DNA of 63,892 bases, filler included, from Octopus bimaculoides (lineage: Eukaryota): the NCBI RefSeq assembly GCF_001194135.2. It is 5 parts of 5 records of this genome, joined end to end, with 100 filler letters (N's around TTAATTAATTAA, not from the genome) between each part and the next. Parts side by side here need not be neighbours in the genome. Positions count along the whole stretch, not along the records: positions 32,442 to 57,335 come from NC_068995.1; positions 57,436 to 60,461 come from NC_069009.1; positions 60,562 to 63,892 come from NW_026431050.1; 2 more parts are not named here. One strand, given 5' to 3'. This document shows positions 52,912 to 63,892 of this stretch, in pieces. The notes beneath the pieces were generated by a model. That model was not told the DNA's origin, did no database searches, and worked only from the letters and a program-made list of their open reading frames with translations. A program made the position numbers and the translations under genes. The stretch's first letter is position 1; the number at the start of each line of letters is the position of its first letter.

Positions 52912-53600
52912 CTACGGTGGTTCCATAAATAATGGTCTCGGTCACATAGGCTCCATTTTGCGGGCACAAGTTCTTATCTCTGTAGGAAGAGCCGGCTTCG
53001 TATTGTTTTTTTTTTGTGTTATGTGCAATTATATATTTAAAATGTATGGTTGAAGTAAAACTAATTTTTAGGTTATGCCTATTAAAGAGTTTCGTATATC
53101 TATGATTTAGCGGAAAATGCCTATCTATAAGTGAAAAGGAATATTTACCTATATTAAAGGTCACTTTGCGGTGTGTGAACCAAATAATTTTCCTGTGTCT
53201 ATGTTTTCTGTTTTTAATTTCTGGACTAATAACAGGTGTATAAACAATTTCCTTTTCAAATCCACTATCTTTAAGAGCTTTGTTATATATTGGGGCAACA
53301 TTATTAAATATGTTTATATCGGAGGGGCGGCAAGAAATTCTCCTACTAATATTCTTAATTCTTAAGCACTACTGGGTGGGGCATAAATCTGCATTAATAT
53401 AACTAAGTCTATCGTGTGGCTTCCCATAGGGGTTTGTAACTATTCTTTTTTTTTTAATCTAAAATACATCAAGGAAATTGACAAATGTCAGTTTGGAATC
53501 AATTGTTATGCTAAGATCGAATGTTTTCATAGGATGGATAATAACCTTCCTTAACCGATCTTGCGCTGGTCCATTGGTATTTGTAGTTAAGCTAGAGCAA
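52912..53600 (-). mobile_element. Penelope-like retroelement fragment (RT C-terminus to GIY-YIG linker)
   Basis: Frameshifted NGPAQDRLRK..VNFLDV, ISRRIS..YNKALKDSG..RKIIWF, NIGK..LIDRHFP..KLFNRHNLKISF..CPQNG; characteristic of PLE ORFs. Confidence 0.85.
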
Positions 53601-54467
53601 TTGTTTAATTGATTAAATTAAACAATTGCATTAAAAGGAGGCAATAGATAATTTATTTTACTTAAATTTACATTTTAAATCTTATGCGTTACATAAAAAT
53701 AGAATTTTGTATTACTGAATTATCTCTAATTTGGATATAAATTCCATTAGCTCGTTGATGAGTTATACAACTGAACGTTCTGCATGTTTGTTGACAGATA
53801 TCTTGTATCGATTTTTCAGCTTGCTAGTATATCCTTTTCAGCTGCTTCACTGCAATCATGTGCTGCTCTTTCTGTAGTTAGTGTAGCTACCAAATCTTTC
53901 GTTAGATTCCTGAAAATATCAATATATCGATACTCAAAATTCTACCAGCTTTAGGCAATAAATAGTACGCTCAAATGATTTTTGTTGTGCTTGGAATATT
54001 CCAGATGATTATCGTTACTTATTCGATGGGTAGTGCTTCATATTTAGTACTGAATTAAATCTGGCAATAATTATTGTGTTGCACATGGGCATAAAATACC
54101 TTACATCCAGTAGTTTATGCTAGGAAAACATTTGCTTCCCTTCCGCACACGAATGAAGCAGAAGAGGCATCACGAAGCGAAGCACAGATTCAAATATTCG
54201 ATTCTCCAGCCATATTCCCATACATTAATTTCAAATATATACAAGTCAAACTTTCGTCAATATAAAATAGTTTTATAGAAATTTATGTTAATAGATATTA
54301 ATATTTACACATCTCTATCTTTATACACCGACACATGAAAATCAAAATCAATTCCATCTGGAAAATGGAAGTGTGACAATGAGACTTACAATAAGTGTAA
54401 ATAAAACCAGTAAATGCATTTATTATTTATCTACTGTCAGTTCATATACATGTAAGACAGTGTGAGT

Positions 54468-54520
<53 letters not shown>

Positions 54521-54574
54521 CTGGAAAGGTAAATTCAGTGTTGGCATGATTAACCTTATGTATGTACAGTTTGT

Positions 54575-54820
54575 GGGGGCGCAATGTCCCAGTGGTTAGG
54601 GCAGCGGACTCGTGGTGGGAGGATCGCGGTTTCGATTCCCAGACCGGGAGTTGTGTTTATTGAGCGAAAACACCTAAAGCTCACTCTTTCTTCCTATTTC
54701 TTGAGCAACGCTGCGATGGACTGGCGTCCCGTCCAGCTGGGGGGAACACATACCCCATAGAAACCGGGAAACCGGGCCCATGAGCCTGGCTAGGCTGTAA
54801 AAGGGAGCATAATAAATAAA
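54575..54820 (+). mobile_element. SINE, head 1 + tail 2, internally deleted, with TSD
   Basis: Flanks ATGTACAGTTTG / ATGTACAATTTG (11/12). Confidence 0.8.
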
Positions 54821-55736
54821 ATGTACAATTTGAAGATCAATGATCCAATCGCAAAGTTACTCTCCATAGTGTTATGAAATAAAAGCTATACAGCATAAAT
54901 TGCAAAACACACTGATACAAGTATCTTTTTAAATTTAGAAGATGACTGTCATATGAATAATGTATATTATGCATGCAATGTGTTCATTGTCATACATTAT
55001 ATATTCATTTCTGTAAATTGCATGGTGTTTCGTGATAAATGGCTTAAAATTTGGTGAATAATACTGAGTTAAAGTATCAATTGAATCTAGCTGCTCATTT
55101 TTCACATATACAATGAAAAGCATTGTCCACGATGTTACAGGTAACCAGTAACATGTCAATTGTACAAAACTGATAACAGACAGTTACTACAGAATATCAC
55201 TTCTGATTTAAGAAATAATCTACCGATTGACCGATGGTAAGTCTCGGTCTAACCGAAAGGTGTTTCTGGTCAGAATTTCGCAATTACATGTTTTTGTATC
55301 GATTTAACGAGTGTAAGGTGAATCTCGTGCTTTAGATTGTGATTTTGCGAGTGACTATGTACATGAGTGAATAAGATGGTATATGGCAAACACATGCACA
55401 TTCTTTCCTTTAGCAAAACATACATGTGGACAAAAATCAGTAAAATATAGATAAATTTTTACCTTATTTCCAACTGTTTATGCAAGCAAATTATTCACTT
55501 CATTTTCGCCTACGAACAGACTGAAAAAAGGACTCAGCAAGTTTAGCACAGAACAGATTCAAATATTTCAGTACTAGATTCACCAGTCATAGTCCCATCA
55601 TTTAGTTCAAAATACATAGAGATCAGAATCTCGTGTGAGGATCTTTACTATAATATAATTTTATCGAAATTTATATTCATAAATATTACCGCACTTATAC
55701 ATACATGCACACACGCACGCACGCACACACACACAC

Positions 55737-55768
<32 letters not shown>

Positions 55769-56139
55769 GCATACATATGAAGCTTACTGACTTTCAACAC
55801 ATGTATCCTCGGATCTCACCTTAATATATACATATTTTAAGTTTCTACCCAGGACTGTAGTCATGGTGGGTCATGACCCTTTACTTTGCAAAACGTTCAC
55901 TAAACCTCCTCTGATATGTAACATTTGCTGCAGGATTTTTCAGATGTATATTACTGCATATCTTTTTCGCTTTTGTTCCAAACTAATAAATCCACTGATT
56001 CCAAAACACTCCGGTACGAGTGAAAGACCCTGCACGCCACCGCAAAATGTATCAGAGGCAAGATGAGAGAAAGTGTAACAAAGCCCCTTTTGTTTACCCT
56101 CTTTTTTCTCGCTTTTAACTCAGAATTACCGAACATTTG

Positions 56140-56370
56140 GTGATCCACATATTTTACATTCTTCGATCATTTTTGATATTATTGAATTATTTGAACATTG
56201 TTTAAAAATGTTGATCCACATTTTTTTATATTCTCCGCCGATTATTTTTGATATCATTGAATTTTGTGAATATGGAATCATTTAAACACGTTGATCAGAA
56301 TTTTTTTATATTCTTCACCGATTATTTGATATTATTGAATTTTGTGAGCTTTTCATCATTTAAACATGTT
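56140..56370. repeat. Three tandem ~75-bp minisatellite units
   Basis: (g)ttgatccaca.ttttt.atattct...gattattt.gatat.attgaattt x3. Confidence 0.75.
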
Positions 56371-57063
56371 TTCTACTTCGCAACTTAAAAAGCTTTAAGT
56401 CTCTACGTTTATGCCATTGATTAATAGCAAACGGCTGTAACCAGTTTGTTATGTTTGTAGATAAATGTATTTAAAATCAATTATAATTATTTCAAATTCA
56501 GGTGCATTTTTAAAAACAAATTCTCCTATATTATCCTGTGTGGAAGAACACGCCCTCTTTCCATATGTACATATTTTTAATGGATACCAATAATGAACTT
56601 ACTGAACTTTTAGACATGAAGAAAAGCATCGTCTATTAGATTATTTGTCGTACTAGCGTCGTTTTCGCTTTCTCCAGTGTGAGCTTTTTTAGGGTTTACT
56701 TCAATAAGTTGATGTTGTTTTTATAAAAATATACAATGGTAATTCGACTTAGTTGCATATATCGAGCGTTACACACACGAGTCTCATTACGAAGGTGAAC
56801 TATATAACATTAGCTGCTCTTTCTTATCAAATTCTTACGAAGTGCTTAAAATGTTTTTCTCAACTCTCTTACAAAAGTTGTGATTTGCATTTCGATTATT
56901 GAATAAATGATGTATAGGACAAAACAAAATTGTTGATTACCACCTAAATATTTGATTATGAATAGGTGTTATATCATACGTTTTTCATGTCTAATACTCT
57001 AGCTAGATTGGAAATATGATTATCAAATTTATACCGAATATAAAGTGGAAAAAAATTTGGAAA

Positions 57064-57066
<3 letters not shown>

Positions 57067-57100
<34 letters not shown>

Positions 57101-57310
57101 AAATAGTAAATGAGTATATGCATATATATGTACAGGTATGTGCATACCGACATCCACCTGTATGTATAGGTGCATATCTGGGTACACGGCATTGCAAACA
57201 AAACGTAGACGAGAAAATACACAAGCCACATAGAGAACATTCTACTTCATCAGCTACCCGCGTTTTAACACCGGCGTGATGCATCGTTAAAACGGCTCTT
57301 CCCATGGACC
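57067..57310 (-). mobile_element. Second copy of the 19185-19420 repeat
   Basis: Shared gagtatatgcatatatatgtaca...gccacatagagaacat...ttcatcagct sequence. Confidence 0.6.
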
Positions 57311-57744
57311 GCAAATTAAATCTGTATACACAAATNNNNNNNNNNNNNNNNNNNNNNNNNNNNNNNNNNNNNNNNNNNNTTAATTAATTAANNNNNNNNN
57401 NNNNNNNNNNNNNNNNNNNNNNNNNNNNNNNNNNNATGAAATATATCTTTGGAAATGTCTTATTTTTTTCCCCTCTTTTTTTTTTTTTTTTTTACATAAT
57501 TTTTGTTTTATGTCGCAATAATAGAAATATTGGAATTTGTTAAACGAAGGAAGTCAAAAATCGAATCAGTGACAGGAAAGAAGACAAAGAAAGCTTAAAA
57601 TACTGGTATTTAAATTTCAAGAGTGTTTTTTTTTATTGTTGCTGTTGCTATCGTGGCGGCGACGGCGGCGGCAGTGGTGGTGGTGGTGGTGGTTTTTGTG
57701 TTGTTTCTGGGACTGCACAGTTTAATGTATTGTATTGTAGGGAT

Positions 57745-58355
57745 TCTCAGCCCAGTAGTCCCATGATCAAAGACGTTCCAAATGTGACTATCCTGCCTTT
57801 TATTCAGACATAGTGCATCTAGGATTATGTTATCTAATGTGTAGGATAGTAGTCAGCATTAGTGACTGTAACTGTTGGTGGTGTTGTTTAGCCCCAGGTC
57901 AGTCTTGATCCAGAAGACCTATGATCAAACATGTTCCACCTGTGACCATCCCATCTTACAGTCAGATATAGTGTATCTTGGACTACAATATTTAATGTAT
58001 AATATTGTTATTAGTATTAGTGGCTATAATTGTTGTTGTTGTTGTTGCTGTTGCTATTTAGCCGCTGGTCAGTCCTGGTCTAAACAGACCTATGATCAAA
58101 AATGTTCCGCCTGTAACCATCCCATCTTTTATGCAGACATTGTGTATCTAAGACTATGTTATCTAATGTACAATATAGTAGTATTAATATGTCTAGGACT
58201 ACATTATCTAATGTACCGTATAGTAGTCAGGATTAGTAGCTATATTGTTGTTGTTTTGTCGCAGGTCAGTTACGATCCAGTAGATCTATGATCAAAAATG
58301 TTCCAGCTATGACCATCCCGTCTTTTATTGGGACATAGTGTATCTAGGACTACTA
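57745..58355 (-). repeat. Four tandem ~170-200-bp copies of an (AAC)n-tailed retroposon-like 3' end
   Basis: Repeated ttagccccaggtcag..gacctatgatcaaa..tgtgaccatccc..tagtgtatct units; same family at 3560-3870 and ~25790-25900. Confidence 0.75.
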
Positions 58356-58595
58356 CATGGTCAAGAGCCCCTGATTTAGAACATACCACACACGGATAGG
58401 TCTCTATGGCTCACACCAAAGAAACCAACTCTTCTCCCAGTCCTGTATCCTCTGATAGTTAACCAATAAATGAGGCCTTTGAGTGGTTCTAGGAATCTGA
58501 GTGAGAGCAGATCCGTCAGTAGTGATGATTAAGGAGTTACCTATTCTTCTCAAAACTCCTCACCTGCCAATCTAGAATCTTATCTCTGGGTATAT

Positions 58596-59995
58596 TTCAA
58601 CTGTTTTGCTACCATATTTCTGTTGAAATTCATTGACTTTCTTATTAATTTTGAAAATAGTGAAGAATTTAATAAAATAATAAAGAATTTAGTAAAATAA
58701 CTTTGTCATCATTAAATTGGTGTTTGGAACATCAATTGATATTGATTTTGATGGGAGGTATTAATTTAGATCACTTTAACCCTTTTGCTACCATATATCA
58801 GTTGAAATATATAAAATTTGTTTCAATTAATTTTTTAAATAATGAAGAATTTTGAATAACTTTGCCATTATTCAACTGGTGTTTTGAACTTAAATTAATA
58901 CAAAATTTTGATGGAAGGTTTTAATTAAGATCATTTTAACATTTTTCTGATCATATTTCTCTTGAAATGTTCTGCCATTGTTTCAATTAATTTTGAGAAT
59001 AAAAAAGAATTTAATAAAATAACTTTGTCCTTATTAAGCTGATGTTTGGAATTTAAATTAGCATGAAATTTTGATTGAAGATTTTAATTTAAAGCACTTT
59101 AAACCATTTGTTAACTTATTTCTGTTGCAATACACTGCTTTCGTTTCAATAAAGTTTGAAAATAATAAAGAATGTCATAAAATAACTTTGCCATTATTAA
59201 GCGAATATTTTGAGCTTAAATTAACACAAAATTTTGATGAAAGGTTTTAAGATCACTTTAACCCTTTTGTTACCTTATTTCTGTAGAAATACACTTTGTA
59301 TCACTCAATTTTCAAAATAAAGAATTTAGTAATACTCTTTTACTCTTTTACTTGTTTCAGTCATTTGACTGCGGCCATGCTGGAGCACCGCCTTTAGTCG
59401 AGCAAATCGACCCTAGGACTTATTCTTTGTAAGCCTAGTACTAATTCTATCGGTCTTTCTTGCCGAACCGCTAGTGACGGCGACGTAAACACACCAGCAT
59501 CGGTTGTCAAGCGATGTTGGGGGGGGGGGCAAACACAGACATACAAAGACACACACACACAAACACACACATATAAATACATATATACGACGGGCTTCTT
59601 TCAGTTTCCGTCTACCAAATCCACTCACAAGGCTTTGGTCGGCGCGAAGCTATAGTAGAAGACACTTGTCCAAGGTGCCACGCAGTGGGACTGAACCCGG
59701 AACCATGTTGTTGGTAAGCAAGCTACTTACCACACAGCCACTCCTGCATCTATAAATTTATTATTATTATGTTGGTGTCTAGAACAAAACTTAACCTGAA
59801 ATTTTCATGTCTGATTTTAATTCAAATCTTTTTAAACCCTCAACTAGCAACCCTGCTTTTGTTTCAAATGATATTGAAAATAATGAAAAATTTATTAAGT
59901 TGGTGTTTGGAATATAAACCAATGTGAAATTTTGATGGAAGATTTTAATTTAGATCACTTTAATCCTTTTGTTACCATAATTCCGTTGAAATATA
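58596..59995 (+). repeat. Tandem array of ~160-bp AT-rich units starting TTAA-CCCTTT (piggyBac-end-like)
   Basis: Unit starts near 58596, 58776, 58936, 59099, 59258 and 59960. Confidence 0.75.
59336..59746 (-). mobile_element. SINE family A inserted in a tandem array
   Basis: Near-consensus copy interrupting the 58596-59995 array. Confidence 0.85.
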
Positions 59996-60002
59996 TCTAA
60001 AC

Positions 60003-60305
60003 TGGCAGTGAGGGTTCCAGCTGATCCGATCAACGAAATAGCCTGCTTGTTAAATTAACATACAAGTGGTTGAGCACTCCACAGACACGTGTACCCCTAA
60101 TGTAGTTCTCAGGGAGATTCAGCGTGGCACAGCGTATGACAAGGCTGACCCTTTGAAATACAAGTACTACTTATTTTTGCCAGCTGAGTGGACTGGAGCA
60201 ATGTGAAATAAAGTGTCTGGCTCAAGAACACACTGCATCACTGGGAGTTGAACCCTGGACCTTACAATCGTGAGCCGAAAGCCCTGATTACTAAACCATG
60301 TGCCT
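60003..60305 (-). mobile_element. SINE, head 2 + tail 1
   Basis: ccactcagctggcaaaaataagta joined to tttcaaagggtcagccttgtc...ggaaccctc tail. Confidence 0.75.
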
Positions 60306-61130
60306 TTGTTGAAAGATACTGCCTTTGAATTTCGTTTTTGGATTTGGGTTGCAAGATTCTTTATGTGAGTTCGTGTGTTGAAGCATGTTCTGTTGTGTCT
60401 CTGGAGAGTCATTCTCTTTTGGTGCCTTATAGTTTAACACACTCACCGGTAAAATTTACACNNNNNNNNNNNNNNNNNNNNNNNNNNNNNNNNNNNNNNN
60501 NNNNNTTAATTAATTAANNNNNNNNNNNNNNNNNNNNNNNNNNNNNNNNNNNNNNNNNNNNATATATATTATGTATGCATGTATGTATGTATATATTCTT
60601 TTCCTTCAACTCTACTGTCTACATTCACCAGCCTTCTTTGTTATGTACACACACGATTTTACTTTGATCCATATTATCCGTTATACACCCATTTCTCATA
60701 ATTCTGCACAGAATTTTATGTTCCCGTCTTCCATATATAATTTACTTAATCCACTCTATTTTACATTTTATGCACTCACCTCACATTTTACATCATTTCC
60801 ATTCTCTAGGCTTTCTAGACTATTTATTCTTACGTAATGTACTGAGACTTCAAATTACAGTCGTTAGCATTTTATACACCCTCCTACACTATGCTCTATC
60901 CGGCTTTGTTATACACTCACCTTATATAGAAAACTTTTGTATTTTATATGCAGAGTTGTGGTGCTCTATCGTCCTGTATGCATACGCCCTTCACCGTTCC
61001 GCTTTGTGTCGTATATAACACACACACGTGAATACACACACACAAACACATACATGCATACATACATATGTATACAATATATACATATACATATATTCAT
61101 GCATATATGTACATGCATATAACTGTATAT

Positions 61131-61178
<48 letters not shown>

Positions 61179-61280
61179 GACTTCGGAGTTTGTTATCTAC
61201 AAAATGTGTTGAGTATCTTTGAATTTGAAGTAAAATTGTTTTTATTACAACATAAAATACACATTAATATATACATATGC

Positions 61281-61332
<52 letters not shown>

Positions 61333-61997
61333 GTGTGTGTGTATACATACCCAAGTGTGTGTGTATATATAAATTCCACCTTTACTGAGAGCATTCAGTA
61401 TGTCCGTCCTCTTGTTATTGTTAGTTTTAATGATCGATTGTTAATATTCAACTTTTAATGTTCGATTTGACTATGTGTGTATGTATGTAGATATNNNNNN
61501 NNNNNNNNNNNNNNNNNNNNNNNNNNNNNNNNNNNNNNNNNNNNNNNNNNNNNNNNNNNNNNNNNNNNNNNNNNNNNNNNNNNNNNNNNNNNNNNNNNNN
61601 NNNNNNNNNNNNNNNNNNNNNNNNNNNNNNNNNNNNNNNNNNNNNNNNNNNNNNNNNNNNNNNNNNNNNNNNNNNNNNNNNNNNNNNNNNNNNNNNNNNN
61701 NNNNNNNNNNNNNNNNNNNNNNNNNNNNNNNNNNNNNNNNNNNNNNNNNNNNNNNNNNNNNNNNNNNNNNNNNNNNNNNNNNNNNNNNNNNNNNNNNNNN
61801 NNNNNNNNNNNNNNNNNNNNNNNNNNNNNNNNNNNNNNNNNNNNNNNNNNNNNNNNNNNNNNNNNNNNNNNNNNNNNNNNNNNNNNNNNNNNNNNNNNNN
61901 NNNNNNNNNNNNNNNNNNNNNNNNNNNNNNNNNNNNNNNNNNNNNNNNNNNNNNNNNNNNNNNNNNNNNNNNNNNNNNNNNNNNNNNNNNNNNNNNN

Positions 61998-62028
<31 letters not shown>

Positions 62029-62259
62029 GTAAGTGTATGTATATGTGTATGTATATATATACGTATATTTACACAAATACACGTACATAAATACATACAT
62101 GCATATATACATACATATGTGCATATATATATGTATGTATGTATATATCTGCCTATCTATGAATATAAGTAGATAACTGAGTGTCTCTGTGTGTGTATAT
62201 GTATGTACGCGCGTACACGCAGTTACTCCATACATCTAACAATGTATTCCTTCTAAAGT

Positions 62260-62315
62260 ACTCCTATCTGAGGAACCGACAATATCTTGGGGAAACTCCA
62301 GAGTAGCGAAGGTGT
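62260..62315 (+). ncRNA. Hammerhead-like motif (minimal type I, weak stems)
   Basis: CTGAGGA-ACCG...TGGG-GAAA-CTCCAGAG-TA: intact core boxes and GUA triplet, poor stem I. Confidence 0.3.
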
Positions 62316-62364
62316 CACCGGATAACTCTAAACTCTCTATATATACGTGTGTGTGTGTGTATAC

Positions 62365-62399
<35 letters not shown>

Positions 62400-62404
62400 C
62401 ATAT

Positions 62405-62653
62405 ACTCTTTTACTCTTTTACTTGTTTCAGTCTTTTTTAACTGCGGCCATGCTGGAGCACCGCCTTTAGTCGAGCAAATCGACCCCAGGACTTATTCTT
62501 TAGAAGCCTAGTACTTATTCTATCGGTCTCTTTTGCCGAACCGCTAAGTTACGGGGACATAAACACACCAGCATCGGTTGTCAAGCGATGTTGGGGGGAC
62601 AAACACAGACACACAAACATACATACATACACACACATATATACATATATACG
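62405..62653 (-). mobile_element. SINE family A, 3' half (rest in gap)
   Basis: Near-identical to the 17395 and 59336 copies. Confidence 0.8.
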
Positions 62654-63834
62654 NNNNNNNNNNNNNNNNNNNNNNNNNNNNNNNNNNNNNNNNNNNNNNN
62701 NNNNNNNNNNNNNNNNNNNNNNNNNNNNNNNNNNNNNNNNNNNNNNNNNNNNNNNNNNNNNNNNNNNNNNNNNNNNNNNNNNNNNNNNNNNNNNNNNNNN
62801 NNNNNNNNNNNNNNNNNNNNNNNNNNNNNNNNNNNNNNNNNNNNNNNNNNNNNNNNNNNNNNNNNNNNNNNNNNNNNNNNNNNNNNNNNNNNNNNNNNNN
62901 NNNNNNNNNNNNNNNNNNNNNNNNNNNNNNNNNNNNNNNNNNNNNNNNNNNNNNNNNNNNNNNNNNNNNNNNNNNNNNNNNNNNNNNNNNNNNNNNNNNN
63001 NNNNNNNNNNNNNNNNNNNNNNNNNNNNNNNNNNNNNNNNNNNNNNNNNNNNNNNNNNNNNNNNNNNNNNNNNNNNNNNNNNNNNNNNATATACACACAG
63101 GCACATACAGGCACACACACATATACACACATTGCTAGATGCACCGCCTCCCATCGACCTACTCACGTTTCCCTATTCGCTCTCCCCTCCCATCTTTCCT
63201 TCTATAATTCAATATTGTCTATAATCCATCCATCAATCAATCAATCAATCAATCACTTCCTTCCTATTATCATTCATTCAACCCTTCTCCCCACCCTTTT
63301 TCCTCCCTTTCTTTCACATTCTTTCATCTTTCATTAATCGACTTTCTTTTAGTTCTTTCTTTCCTTCTTTCTTTTTCTCCCTTCCTGCGCCTCTCGTTAC
63401 CTTATTCTCTTTCCTTCCTCCTCACATATGACATTCTCACCCTTTATACTGACACTTTCCTTCTCCATCTGACCACCTTACAAATCGACTGACCAGCTGA
63501 CCACCTTACAAATTCCATCTCACACAATCATCACTTGACCAATTAACATTGATAATTTCCAACAGATTTTTCGTACATCTTTTACTTGTCTCAGTCATTG
63601 GACTGCAGCCATGCCGGATCACTCTCTTGAAGGAGTTTCAGTCGAATGATTATATATAAACGCTTGTGTGTATTCTGTTAGTCTCGATGGTCGAACCTCT
63701 AGTTTATAATGACCTAAACAAACCAACACCGATTAGCAACTGGTGATGCTGGACAAACGCGGAAATCATAGTTACATAAACATGAATATATATATACACA
63801 CGTATATATACAGATAAATTCATACATACATACC

Positions 63835-63866
<32 letters not shown>

Positions 63867-63892
63867 GAAATATAAATTTATATATATATATA

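Noticed and set aside
54935-55180. Minus ORF with LTCYWLP resembling a cytokine-receptor strand
   Set aside because: A single short motif, no donor, AT-rich; chance level.
57745-59995. Tandem arrays considered as CRISPR-like
   Set aside because: No constant repeat with unique spacers, no cas genes, eukaryotic context.

Overview
AT-rich, gap-ridden draft animal genomic DNA dominated by microsatellites and transposable elements. The tRNA-derived SINE families and repeat landscape look like an octopus/coleoid cephalopod (inference from recognised repeat types, not a database hit). Almost every ORF in the supplied track is a microsatellite or N-gap artefact. Supportable coding sequence: (1) a Buster/Charlie-type hAT transposase (14307-16048, minus; 436-aa open frame, then frameshifts); (2) decayed Tc1/mariner and Penelope-like elements; (3) a probable multi-exon minus-strand gene for a single-pass membrane protein (terminal TM exon 27982-28391, internal phase 1-1 exon 35619-35711, candidate first exon/TATA near 52485-52730). 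No rRNA, true tRNA gene or CRISPR array is supported. Points worth a second look: a SINE set in which two heads and two tails occur in all four combinations, two hammerhead-like motifs, a ~187-bp-arm inverted repeat with a hairpin at its junction, a 169-bp local copy inserted into a SINE, tandem arrays built from transposon ends, and two look-alike candidate first exons. All alignments and folds were done by eye.
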